DNA of 61,342 bases, the filler included, from Archaeoglobus sp. JdFR-37 (GTDB taxonomy: Archaea > Halobacteriota > Archaeoglobi > Archaeoglobales > Archaeoglobaceae): NCBI GenBank assembly GCA_002010215.1. It is 5 parts of 5 records of this genome, joined end to end, with 100 filler letters (N's around TTAATTAATTAA, not from the genome) between each part and the next. Parts side by side here need not be neighbours in the genome. Positions count along the whole stretch, not along the records: positions 13,870 to 27,023 come from MTMY01000010.1; positions 27,124 to 40,008 come from MTMY01000006.1; 3 more parts are not named here. The stretch is one strand, 5' to 3'. The position numbers and the translations under genes were made by a program. Positions 18,198 to 27,934 of this stretch are shown one piece after another. How positions within the stretch are numbered: position 1 is the stretch's first letter; every line of letters begins with the position of its first letter. The notes under the pieces are model-generated. The model saw only the letters and a program-made list of their open reading frames with translations, did no database searches and was not told where the DNA came from.

Positions 18198-19064
18198 TTA
18201 GCTCAACCATTGAAGAACCGATACAAGCAAATCATTTTCTGAAACAATTCCTTTAAACCTCCCGTTTTCCACAACAATCAGGACTCTAGAATTCTTATCC
18301 AATAACTGGATAGCTTCGCCAATCGGTCTCCTACTATCGACAATCACCAAATCTGCACAAACCTCGCTAACCTTGCACTCCGTTCTCCCATCCGCAACAG
18401 CTCTTGCAATATGTTCAAGGGTGAGAATGCCAGTAGCATTATATTCCTCTACAACAACACCGCTGTAAACTCCCTGCTTTAAAAGAATGCTTGCAGCATC
18501 TTTGATGGTAAGTTTTGAGTCGATTAACACGAAAGGTGATGCTACAGAGCCTACAGCTTCTTTAGGATATGCAATCACCTGTTCAATGTCGATAATTATC
18601 TCATCCTCGCTAAGCCCAGAAACTGTCCCATCGATTACAAGTTGCTCTGCATAAACGATACGTATTCTATCGCCTTTCGACAAATTTGCTTTCTGTCGTA
18701 ACTTGATTACTGCTTCACGTTTTTTTGGATCGCTTAAAGCAGTCAGGATTACCCTCTCAATTTTAACATTGCCTTTCCTACCTCTGATAAACACTTTTAA
18801 TGCCTTTTTAAGAGTTCCTGAAAAGAGGACTTCATAAGCCTTGTATGTTGGCCTATACCCTCCTTTCGGCCCGGGAACGCCTTCTACAAGACCGAGAGAC
18901 GTAAGGACTTGCATTTGAGATCTAACAGTGGAAGGAGTGCTGTTGATTAACCTAGCAATCTCCTCGCTTTTAACAGCTTCTGATTTTTCGGAGTATATGC
19001 CCACAACGGCCTGCAGTATTTTCGTCTGTGCTGGTGTGAGTATCGAGTTCATAGTAAATACCAC
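18198..19064 (-). CDS. HrcA-like wHTH regulator with C-terminal CBS domains
   Basis: TPSTVRSQMQVL...EGVPGPKGGY HTH motif followed by a degenerate CBS pair. Confidence 0.85.
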   Translation of the reverse strand: MVFTMNSILTPAQTKILQAVVGIYSEKSEAVKSEEIARLINSTPSTVRSQMQVLTSLGLVEGVPGPKGGYRPTYKAYEVLFSGTLKKALKVFIRGRKGNVKIERVILTALSDPKKREAVIKLRQKANLSKGDRIRIVYAEQLVIDGTVSGLSEDEIIIDIEQVIAYPKEAVGSVASPFVLIDSKLTIKDAASILLKQGVYSGVVVEEYNATGILTLEHIARAVADGRTECKVSEVCADLVIVDSRRPIGEAIQLLDKNSRVLIVVENGRFKGIVSENDLLVSVLQWLS

Positions 19065-19444
19065 TATATTTTATAATTATATGAAATGGTTAATAGACCA
19101 ATTGAAGAGCACTCCAGCCGTTCCAGTATTCCTTACTCCGGTATTTACAGCCATTCTTTACTGTTTGTTGAATTTTTATTTTATTCCACCATTTTAGAAC
19201 TGTAAATCATGAAAACCTGACCGGAAACAATTCTTCACCCAATCCCAGACATCTCCTTGCCTCACTTCACTACCTTTTTCCTCCTGAACATCTCCGTCAT
19301 TTTTGCACTTTTGTAAAAAATTGTAGTTAAAGACTCATCTATACCTTCCATAAAAGGTGGGATTTATCGTAACACCACACTGACACACTGACAATCCCAA
19401 CCCCTTATGCTAGCCGCTTGTTTTACGATTGCACTTCGATGAGG

Positions 19445-20635
19445 TTAAACCCTCTCGATTACCGTAGCTATTCCCTGTCCGCCCCCAATGCATGCTGTCG
19501 CCAAACCGTAATCCGCCTCGTTTTCATTCAGTATTCTTGCGAGGGTACCTACAAGCCTTGCTCCGGTCGCTCCCAGCGGATGACCTATTGCAATAGCTCC
19601 TCCTTTTACATTTACCCTTTCTGGCTCAATGCCTAATTCGTGAATGGCATAAAGCGTTACGACGGCAAATGCCTCGTTTATCTCCCAGTAGTCGATATCA
19701 TTTACTCTTAACCCGGCCTTTTCTAACGCCTTTCTGCTTGCTGGAACTGGCCCCTTCCCCATTACTGCCGGATGGACTCCCGCCCAAGCCATTGACTTTA
19801 CTTTTGCGATTGCTTCGAGCCCGTATTCTTTCGCTTTTCTTTTAGACATCAACACCAAAGCCGTAGCTCCCGCATTTAGTGGAGAGGAGTTCCCAGCAGT
19901 AATAACGCCGTCTGGCTTGAAAGCTGGGGGGAGTGATGCTAACTTCTCAAGGCTCGTGTCAGGTCTTATACTCTGATCCTGTTTTATAACGGCCCTGCTC
20001 CCGTCTGCCAATGTTACCTCTACAGGCAAAATTTCACCCTTAAAGTAACCCTCGTTGAGAGCTTTAGTAGCTAGCTGGTGACTCCTCAATGCCCATTTAT
20101 CCAAATCCTCTCTTGTGAGGTATCCTGCTTCCTCAAAAAGCTTCTCAGCTGTCAAGCCCATGACCATGCCTATCTCCATCTCCCAATGTTTCAGTTCCGA
20201 ATCCTGGAGAAACCTTAAATTGTATTCTATATGTGGATTATCGTGCATAGGAACGTGAGTCATGTGTTCAATTCCGCCAGCAATAACAATTTCTGAATTC
20301 CCCGTCATGATTTCCATAGTGCCAGTGTGAATCGCAGACATGGAAGACCCACACTGCCTGTCTACTGCCAGACAAGGTACATTTTCAGGGAGATTTGCGA
20401 GAAGACCAATTCCTCTTCCCCCATACATCCACTGTTCTCCAACCTGAAGTGCACATCCAAAGATGACCTCATCAATCTCCTCAGCTTTTATTCCTGTCCT
20501 CTTTATCAGTTCTTTGATTAGCAACGCAGCGGCATCGTCCATTCTCAGATTGTTAAATACATCTCTCTCCGGCTGTTTTGGTCTTGACCTTGAGAAGGCA
20601 GTCCTTAAATAATCGACTATAACCACGTCTTCCAA
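19445..20635 (-). CDS. Acetyl-CoA C-acyltransferase (thiolase)
   Basis: DRQCGSS, NEAFA, GHPLGATG, CIGGGQG. Confidence 0.95.
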   Translation of the reverse strand: MEDVVIVDYLRTAFSRSRPKQPERDVFNNLRMDDAAALLIKELIKRTGIKAEEIDEVIFGCALQVGEQWMYGGRGIGLLANLPENVPCLAVDRQCGSSMSAIHTGTMEIMTGNSEIVIAGGIEHMTHVPMHDNPHIEYNLRFLQDSELKHWEMEIGMVMGLTAEKLFEEAGYLTREDLDKWALRSHQLATKALNEGYFKGEILPVEVTLADGSRAVIKQDQSIRPDTSLEKLASLPPAFKPDGVITAGNSSPLNAGATALVLMSKRKAKEYGLEAIAKVKSMAWAGVHPAVMGKGPVPASRKALEKAGLRVNDIDYWEINEAFAVVTLYAIHELGIEPERVNVKGGAIAIGHPLGATGARLVGTLARILNENEADYGLATACIGGGQGIATVIERV

Positions 20636-20639
20636 GATA

Positions 20640-22598
20640 TCACCTCCCTTTAAATTTAGGCTTCTCCTTTCTCAGGAATGCGGAAATGCCCTCCCTGAGG
20701 TCTTCAGTCGAAAATACAATGCCAGCTCCAAAGCTCTCCATTTCCAGGCCTACATCCATTGGAACCTCGCCACCTTTGTTAATAAGCCTCTTTATAATCG
20801 CCGCAGCTATCGGAGCACACCTCTCGGCAATATCTCTAGCGTATTTCATAACCTCCTCTTCGAAACTATCATCGTCAAAGACTTTGTTTATCAATCCATA
20901 ACGCTCAGCCTCCTCAGCCGTAATCCTTTCCCCTGTTAAAGCGAGTTGCATCGCCCTACTTATTCCTATAAGCTTAACCAGCCTCTGTGATCCGGTCCAC
21001 CCCGGAATTAGGCCAAGCGTCACTTCGGGCAATCCGATAACTGCAGATTTTTTAGCTAGCCTGATATCGCATGACATGGCAATTTCAAGTCCACCACCCA
21101 AGGCATAACCATTTATAGCAGCAATTACTGGCTTTGGGATTTCACTGAGCCTCCTGAAAATCCTTTCACCCTTTCTTGTACGTTCTAGGAATTCGAAAAC
21201 GTGGGCTGTCATGGCCGTCAAATCTGCTCCCGCCGAGAAAGCCCTGTCTCCGGCTCCAGTGACCACTATAACTCTAGTCTCTTCATCATTCCAGAGCAGT
21301 GTTATGGCCTCGTCGAGTTCTTCCAGCATTTCAGGAGAAATAGCGTTCAACCTTTCCGGTCTGTTCAGTACGAGCTTTGTAACCTTCGTTTCGGGATCCT
21401 TTATTATCTTTAAAGTCTTAAACCCCCCCTTATCAGACTTATTCTTACCAAGCATCTCCTTGAGTTTCCCAGCTTTTAGTGTTTCAGCGGGTTCAAAAAT
21501 CCTCTTTCCAAATTGTTTAGCAAGTTCTTCGAGTCTCTTTACCATTTGCTCCTCACTTAAGTTCTTGGCGATTTCAAATGGTCCGGCGGGTCTGTTTAGG
21601 CCAAGTTTTACAGCCGTATCTATGTCCTCAGGAGTTGCCACACCCATTTCAACAAGCTTGACCGCCTCATTAATTTCAACAATTTGGAAGTCGAGTGGGT
21701 CTACCTTATCAGTTGCCTTGCTCAGATCAATTTGCGGCCTTCCAGTACTCCAGTCGTACCATCCCCTGCCGGTTTTTTGTCCAAGTTTATTCTCTTTAAT
21801 CATCTTCTCTAAAGCCTCTGGCGGTTCGTAGTCGGGGCTGATCGTTTTGGCATAGTATTTCATTGCATTATAGAATACATCCACCCCAGTATAATCCATA
21901 AGCTCAAAAGGCCCCATCGGCAACCCAATTTTCTTCAGTTTGGCGTCAACTTCTTCTGGAGCGGCAATCCCCTTCTCAATTATAGACATCAGCAAAACTC
22001 CACCAGGAGCGGTCACCCTGTTTACAATGAAACCGGGGACGTCTTTCTCAACTCTCACAGGAGTCTTTCCAATTCTTCTGACAAATTCAACTAGTACCTG
22101 CATTGTCTCATCACTTGTCTTTTCACCCCTTATCACTTCCACCAGCTGCATAAGCACCGGCGGATTGAAGAAGTGTAAGCCGGCAAACTTCTCTGGTCTG
22201 TTTGTTGCTTTTGCAAGGTCTGTAATTTTCATAGTCGAGGTGTTGCTGGCAAAAATGCACTCTGGCTTTGCAATCCTGTCACACTCCTTGAATACTTCTT
22301 CCTTTATCTCAAAAATCTCAGGAACTGCCTCGATAATCAGGTCTGCACCCCGTATGGCCTCATCAAGTTCGGTAGTTGGTTTTATCCTTGAGAGGACATC
22401 TTCTGCACTCTTTATTCTACCCTTCTTTTCCAGTTTCTCAAGGCTCTCTTTAATCATTCTCATTCCTCTGTCGATGTATTCCTGCTTGATGTCCCTCATT
22501 GTAACATTATAACCTGCTATCGCACAGACCTCAGCAATTCCATGACCCATAACCCCTGCTCCGAGAACTGCAACATTTTTTATTTCATCAATATTCAT
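20640..22598 (-). CDS. 3-hydroxyacyl-CoA dehydrogenase/enoyl-CoA hydratase fusion
   Basis: GAGVMGHG, SNTST, HFFNP; C-terminal crotonase FSAGAD, GGGLE. Confidence 0.95.
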   Translation of the reverse strand: MNIDEIKNVAVLGAGVMGHGIAEVCAIAGYNVTMRDIKQEYIDRGMRMIKESLEKLEKKGRIKSAEDVLSRIKPTTELDEAIRGADLIIEAVPEIFEIKEEVFKECDRIAKPECIFASNTSTMKITDLAKATNRPEKFAGLHFFNPPVLMQLVEVIRGEKTSDETMQVLVEFVRRIGKTPVRVEKDVPGFIVNRVTAPGGVLLMSIIEKGIAAPEEVDAKLKKIGLPMGPFELMDYTGVDVFYNAMKYYAKTISPDYEPPEALEKMIKENKLGQKTGRGWYDWSTGRPQIDLSKATDKVDPLDFQIVEINEAVKLVEMGVATPEDIDTAVKLGLNRPAGPFEIAKNLSEEQMVKRLEELAKQFGKRIFEPAETLKAGKLKEMLGKNKSDKGGFKTLKIIKDPETKVTKLVLNRPERLNAISPEMLEELDEAITLLWNDEETRVIVVTGAGDRAFSAGADLTAMTAHVFEFLERTRKGERIFRRLSEIPKPVIAAINGYALGGGLEIAMSCDIRLAKKSAVIGLPEVTLGLIPGWTGSQRLVKLIGISRAMQLALTGERITAEEAERYGLINKVFDDDSFEEEVMKYARDIAERCAPIAAAIIKRLINKGGEVPMDVGLEMESFGAGIVFSTEDLREGISAFLRKEKPKFKGR

Positions 22599-22604
22599 AA
22601 TAAT

Positions 22605-23654
22605 TCACCCTCCATTTGGTATGTGTTCAGGCGGCCTAACGGCTTTCAACTCAATCGCTTCCTGAGTGCAGCCAACCACACAAACGCCACAGCCGAAGCA
22701 TTTCTCAGGAATTACTTTAGCCTTAAACTTCTTGCTGCCCTCGGGCCTGTACATTTCTATTGCATCGAAGTGGCATCTCTCAACGCAGGTCTGACAACCC
22801 GTGCAAGCTTCTTCATTGACGTGAGCCTCATACCTGCTCTTTTCGAGCTGCACTCCCAGAGGTACATTCGCAGCCTTTGATGACAGGAAAAATTCACAGC
22901 AATCACCGCAGCAGTTGCAATTAACCGTTACAATAGGGTCTACAATTTTTGAGGTGTTTGCCCATGTGTGAACAAGCCCGTCCTTCTCGGCCTCGTCAAT
23001 GATCCGAAGAGCCTCCTCAACCGATATTTCTCTGCCAGAACCTCTTGTGATAACGTACTCTGCCCCTCTGCCAAACTGAAGGCAATGCCAGGTTTTAGAC
23101 TCATCTGTGAACTCACAGCCGTTGGATGCAAGTCTCGTAACGTTCCTACAAGAGCACGGGACTACTGCAATCTTTTCCTGAACTTTTACCATCTCTTTGA
23201 TATTCTCGTACGGTAATACTCCTGGCAGGTCTTTTATCGCAGCATAAGCTGGCACAACTCTCCAGAATTTCACACCTCTCTCTGCTAATATCCTGCCAAC
23301 TTGTGGGTTCATCTCCTTGTGTCCGAACTCTTTCCAGAGCTTTGCAAATTCTGGATCGTTCATGTGCTGTGAGGCAAGTGACGCGTCGTGAAGCTGAATA
23401 ATATCCCTTACAAATCTATAATAGTCTCTTTTCTGAAAATCTTTTGGAATAACGACTCCTTTGTAGAAAAGATTCTCAAGAACCTCTTTAACCCTCTGAA
23501 CATCCATCCCCAGCTTTTCAGCTATTTCTGAAACGCTTCCAGGTAGTGCAGCAACCACTTTTGACTCCTCCTCGCTCATGAGGTATTCGAGAATACTTCT
23601 AAGCAGCTGGGAATTCGGAAAACCAAGTTTTTCCATTAAAATTTCATAACTCAC
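22605..23654 (-). CDS. wHTH plus Cys-rich core plus 2x[4Fe-4S] ferredoxin protein
   Basis: N-terminal HTH-like region, PCSCR, CNCCGDCC, CTGCQTCVERC and CFGCGVCVVGC. Confidence 0.8.
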   Translation of the reverse strand: MSYEILMEKLGFPNSQLLRSILEYLMSEEESKVVAALPGSVSEIAEKLGMDVQRVKEVLENLFYKGVVIPKDFQKRDYYRFVRDIIQLHDASLASQHMNDPEFAKLWKEFGHKEMNPQVGRILAERGVKFWRVVPAYAAIKDLPGVLPYENIKEMVKVQEKIAVVPCSCRNVTRLASNGCEFTDESKTWHCLQFGRGAEYVITRGSGREISVEEALRIIDEAEKDGLVHTWANTSKIVDPIVTVNCNCCGDCCEFFLSSKAANVPLGVQLEKSRYEAHVNEEACTGCQTCVERCHFDAIEMYRPEGSKKFKAKVIPEKCFGCGVCVVGCTQEAIELKAVRPPEHIPNGG

Positions 23655-23663
23655 GATATCACC

Positions 23664-25091
23664 TCACTCCTTTATCCCAACGAGGTATTTCGCTATGTTC
23701 TTCCTCTTCTCGAAATCATAGCTCCTCCAGATGGCAATATCCTCCATCACTGGAGAGCCTCCTCCGTGGACGCCAGCTACAGCCTGAACTCCTCCAAGGG
23801 AGGAGCAGAGAATGTTTGATATCCCAAACAGACATCTGTAGACATTTTCAGCCGGAATGTCGGACCTTCTCTTTATGTACTTCTCAATGAACGGTCTTGT
23901 TTCAGGATTCAGGAAGTCCTCCGCAAAAGGCAGCGCTGCAGGCAGACCACCTGCCAATTCAGCAAGGATTTCCAGCTCGTGGTAGTAGTTAAGTCCAGCA
24001 TGCCTTCTGCCGACGTTTGCGTAAATTTCGTTTGGAAGAAATGTCCCTGCCGGAGTCTTTGTTCCATGAACGGCTGATGCTACTCCTGCAGCGTAGACAA
24101 GTTCTGCGGTGGCAGCAAGCTCTACAAGCTTCTCCCTGATATTGTGTCTGTCGTAGACATTGTTGTATTCTGCAATCAAGGCCCCAAGGCCCATAATTAT
24201 GTCAGTAGTGGCGGGCTTGCATCCTGTATAACTGTGTCTGTGGAATAGGGCGAAAAGGTGTGCTGAAAGCGTCGCATATTTATTTTCACCGCACAGGAAG
24301 ACCCGATCCCACGGGACAAAGACATCATCGAACACGATGAAACCTTCATCATCTCCTATTTCGGCTTGGGGCATCTCTAGCCCTGGGGGAGCTCGCAGCC
24401 TGGATGTCCTTGAAATAATCTTTACTCCCTCAGCGTCTGCTGGCACAGCAAAGGCAACGCTGTAGTCCTTATCTTCAGGCATCATGGCTCTCGTGGGAAC
24501 CACTATTATTTCGTCAGCAATCGCAGACATCGTTATACAATTCTTTGCTCCCCTCACAACAATTCCATCACTCCTTTTTTCAACAACCCTGACGTACATA
24601 TCGGGATCGTCTTGCTGGTGAGGTCTCTTGCTGCGATCCCCCTTAACATCTGTCTGAGCGCACGCGGCTGTCAAATCTCTGCTCTGAAATTCTTTAAGAT
24701 ATTCTGTGAATCTCTTGTAATAGTCTGTCCCATGTTCCATATCTACAGCATATGTGGCCACCGATAGGGCATTGATGGCGTCACACCCCATACAGCGCTG
24801 AATGCACCCACCGACTAGGTGACAGAGACTCCTTATCATTTCCTGTTTTGTAAGCAGGTCTTCAGCGGACTGATTAACGTGGGTGAACCTGTTTATTTTC
24901 CTGCCATTAAGGTGAGACCTTGTGGTGAGGAGATCTTTAAAGTCTGGATGTTCAGCAAGATCGAAAGTCTTAGACATGACATATATTCCACCCTGAAGCC
25001 TTGAATCATCCCTGCCGACCTTCTTTCCGCCAATGAAAATATTGGGTTTCATTTTATACAGGTCGTTCCGGTATTCTTCACTGGTTCTCAT
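23664..25091 (-). CDS. 4-hydroxybutyryl-CoA dehydratase-like (AbfD/HpaB family)
   Basis: CIQRCMGCD and HRHSYTGCK carry the Fe-S ligand pattern; TDVKGDRS, HGGGSP. Confidence 0.85.
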   Translation of the reverse strand: MRTSEEYRNDLYKMKPNIFIGGKKVGRDDSRLQGGIYVMSKTFDLAEHPDFKDLLTTRSHLNGRKINRFTHVNQSAEDLLTKQEMIRSLCHLVGGCIQRCMGCDAINALSVATYAVDMEHGTDYYKRFTEYLKEFQSRDLTAACAQTDVKGDRSKRPHQQDDPDMYVRVVEKRSDGIVVRGAKNCITMSAIADEIIVVPTRAMMPEDKDYSVAFAVPADAEGVKIISRTSRLRAPPGLEMPQAEIGDDEGFIVFDDVFVPWDRVFLCGENKYATLSAHLFALFHRHSYTGCKPATTDIIMGLGALIAEYNNVYDRHNIREKLVELAATAELVYAAGVASAVHGTKTPAGTFLPNEIYANVGRRHAGLNYYHELEILAELAGGLPAALPFAEDFLNPETRPFIEKYIKRRSDIPAENVYRCLFGISNILCSSLGGVQAVAGVHGGGSPVMEDIAIWRSYDFEKRKNIAKYLVGIKE

Positions 25092-25230
25092 AATCTCGAA
25101 TTGTTAATGATTTTATTTAATTTTTTCGCATCCTATTCAAAAAAATAGGTATCGAAATCGTTAAATATGAAACAAACATGAATTTAGTAATGGTCAATAA
25201 TTATGGATTGGAAAATCTTGAGGTGATATT

Positions 25231-26913
25231 ATGCGAGATATACCCGAATTTATCAAAAACAGGTTTTGGATTGAGAAGTCATGGATAGATGGACTCCCCA
25301 TCGACATTGAAATTCCCGAAATTCCAGTCTTTGAGCTTGTGGATAAAGCCTGTGAGAAATTCTCAGATAGAACTGCTATGATATTTTATGGAAGGGAAAT
25401 CAAATATGGGGAGCTTAAAGATGCCATTGACAGATTTGCCACAGCACTTGCTGATCTGGGGGTGAAAAAGGGGGATAAAGTTGCATTATACATGCCAAAC
25501 TGTCCACAGTTTGCAATTGCATATTATGGTGCGATGAAGTCTGGAGCAATAGTTACAGCGTTAAGTCCTCTATTCGTGGCAAGAGAGGTTGAGTATCAAT
25601 TGAACGACAGTGAGAGTGAAACTATTGTAACGATTGATGCTCTCTACCCGAATGTTGCCGAGGCAAAGGATAAAACACGGTTGAAAAACGTAATTGTTGC
25701 AAATCTTCAGGGTAGGAAACCTGAGGTTGAGAAAAATGACGGAGTTTACTATTTCGATGAGTTGCTCGATACTGAACCCAATCCTCCAGATATAAGTATT
25801 GATCCGAAAGAAGAGCTTGCTGTTCTGCAATATACGGGTGGAACGACAGGATTGCCGAAAGCGGCCATGCTGACTCACTACAATGTCGTCGCAAATGTTT
25901 ACCAGACTAAGGCTTTTTTGGACATAATGAAAGAAAGAGAGGGAATAGATGTCGTAAAAGGGATAGCCGTACTCCCATGGTACCACATATACGGTCAGAC
26001 CGTCGACCTCACAAGCGGCTTGGCCAATGGAAATGTGGGTATTGTTTTCGCCCGCTTTGACCCTGTAGAAATCATGGAGGCGATTCAGAAATATAAAGCC
26101 CATGTTCTCATGGGTGCTCCTGCACTATTTGTAGCTCTTGTGAATCATCCGGATATAAAGAAATACGATTTAAGCTCTTTGAAATATGTAAACAATGGAG
26201 CTGGACCAATAGCTCCTGAGGTTGTCAGAAAATGGGAGAAACTGACAGGAACAAAGCTCGTTGAAGGATACGGGCTAAGTGAGACATCGCCGGTAACAAA
26301 TACAACATCCCCTTATCGGGAGAGGAAAATCGGTTCTGTAGGACCACCGATTCCCAATACCTATGTCGCTGTGATAGACCCGGAAACGCTCGAATTCTTG
26401 CCCATTGGGGAGATAGGTGAAATCGTTATCAGCGGACCACAAGTAATGAAAGGCTACTGGAAGAGGCCAAAAGAGACTGAAGAGGTATTTTTCGAAGCTG
26501 GAGGAATGAAGTGGCTTAGAACCGGAGATATTGGGTACATGGATGAGGATGGATACCTCTGGATAGTTGACAGATTGAAGGACTTGATAAAATACAAAGG
26601 ACACAGTGTTTACCCCAGAGAGATTGAGGACATCATGTACGAGCATCCAGCCATAAAAGAAGTTGTCGTGGTTGGAGTACCTGACCCTAAGGCAGGTGAA
26701 ACAATAAAAGCGTACGTCGTTCTCGAAGATGGATATGTCGGAAAGGTATCAGAGCAAGACATCATCGACTGGTGCAGGGAGAGAATGGCGGCCTATAAAT
26801 ATCCAAGAATTGTTGAATTCAGAGACTCACTGCCAAAAAGTGCTGCAGGAAAGTATCTGAGGAGAGTTCTAAGAGATGAAGAGATAAAAAAGATGAAAAA
26901 TGAGCAAGTTTGA
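25231..26913 (+). CDS. Long-chain acyl-CoA synthetase
   Basis: YTGGTTGLPK, GYGLSE, RTGD, LPKSAAGK. Confidence 0.93.
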   Translation: MRDIPEFIKNRFWIEKSWIDGLPIDIEIPEIPVFELVDKACEKFSDRTAMIFYGREIKYGELKDAIDRFATALADLGVKKGDKVALYMPNCPQFAIAYYGAMKSGAIVTALSPLFVAREVEYQLNDSESETIVTIDALYPNVAEAKDKTRLKNVIVANLQGRKPEVEKNDGVYYFDELLDTEPNPPDISIDPKEELAVLQYTGGTTGLPKAAMLTHYNVVANVYQTKAFLDIMKEREGIDVVKGIAVLPWYHIYGQTVDLTSGLANGNVGIVFARFDPVEIMEAIQKYKAHVLMGAPALFVALVNHPDIKKYDLSSLKYVNNGAGPIAPEVVRKWEKLTGTKLVEGYGLSETSPVTNTTSPYRERKIGSVGPPIPNTYVAVIDPETLEFLPIGEIGEIVISGPQVMKGYWKRPKETEEVFFEAGGMKWLRTGDIGYMDEDGYLWIVDRLKDLIKYKGHSVYPREIEDIMYEHPAIKEVVVVGVPDPKAGETIKAYVVLEDGYVGKVSEQDIIDWCRERMAAYKYPRIVEFRDSLPKSAAGKYLRRVLRDEEIKKMKNEQV

Positions 26914-26923
26914 ATGGATATCA

Positions 26924-27023
26924 ATGAAACCAAAAATCCTCTCCTTCGCCCCAATACCAGCATCGCTTCTCAGGCAGATGATCCTATCGGTGCCTGGCGT
27001 TTCGCAAATTCCCGAGTTTGATG
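26924..27023 (+). CDS. N-terminal fragment, probably a 2-hydroxyacid dehydrogenase
   Basis: MKPKILSFAPIPASLLRQMILSV, open to the gap. Confidence 0.4.
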
Positions 27024-27123
27024 NNNNNNNNNNNNNNNNNNNNNNNNNNNNNNNNNNNNNNNNNNNNTTAATTAATTAANNNNNNNNNNNNNNNNNNNNN
27101 NNNNNNNNNNNNNNNNNNNNNNN
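27024..27123. other. Artificial contig spacer
   Basis: N run with TTAATTAATTAA. Confidence 0.98.
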
Positions 27124-27243
27124 TGCAAGCTCTTCAAGATTCTCGGGGGTGCACATCATCCTCGACACGCTGCCGTTGAAGATGAAGACTATCTGCTCCT
27201 CCCTTGCGAGTTTTAGGGAGTGGGTGAGGGGTATGATTTTCAC
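27124..27243 (-). CDS. fdhD: Formate dehydrogenase accessory sulfurtransferase, N-terminal fragment
   Basis: Manual translation MKIIPLTHSLKLAREEQIVFIFNGSVSRMMCTPENLEELA shows the E..NG..MCTP..LEELA motif. Confidence 0.75.
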
Positions 27244-27396
27244 AGTAAGAAATTCTTGTGGGAATTTTTAAACCTTGTGAGGTTCTCGTCATGAAGTTTT
27301 GCCCAGTCAATCTTTTGGTAGATGAATCACAATGATGAATCCCACAATAATCTACAATTTTCCACAATTTTTTTAATAAACTCTCGAATCATTGTT

Positions 27397-27917
27397 ATGG
27401 AACTGTCTAAAGACAATGAGGATGATGGAACTAATAGACTCTTTCAAAAGTTAGAACTCATAGAAAAAATTTATTCTGAAATAGGAGAGCTCAATAAACA
27501 CAAGAAACCAGAAGCATCCTCTGAAATCGTGGATAGCGGGTATAAAACTACCTTCACCAAAAGAATAGGTTATGCCGACGTCTATCTATTCTCACTGGTT
27601 TCTGGAGACTGGAATCCTGTCCATCATGATCCTGAGTTCGCAGAGAAGACGAGGTTTGGAAAGAGGATTGCTCACGGAATGCTTACATCAAGCCTTGTGT
27701 TTACGGCGTTAAATCTGATTCCAGGTACTACTATTCTTTTGAAGAGTTCTCAGGAGTATCTATGACCAGTTTACCTTGGAGACACAATTACTGTCGAAGC
27801 AGAGGTTGTAAAAAGTTACCGAAGAACAGATATTTGGTCGGAACAACATGTAAGAACCAGAATGGTGAAGTTGTTGTCAGGGGTGAGTGCATGATACTGA
27901 TTCTGAAAGAGGGCTGA
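27397..27917 (+). pseudogene. MaoC-family (R)-enoyl-CoA hydratase, disrupted
   Basis: SGDWNPVHHD...IAHGML; TGA at 27763-27765 followed in frame by PVYLGDTITVEAEV; then a frameshift in the A-run near 27810 to ...CKNQNGEVVVRGE...EG*. Confidence 0.8.
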
Positions 27918-27934
27918 CAATTTGGGGGGATGGT

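Noticed and set aside
23664..25091. 4-hydroxybutyrate carbon-fixation cycle or HpaB monooxygenase
   Set aside because: No other cycle genes or flavin reductase nearby; Fe-S ligand pattern and beta-oxidation context favour catabolic dehydration.
27763..27765. Selenocysteine readthrough of the TGA in maoC
   Set aside because: The position is not a catalytic Cys in MaoC and a second lesion (frameshift) follows.
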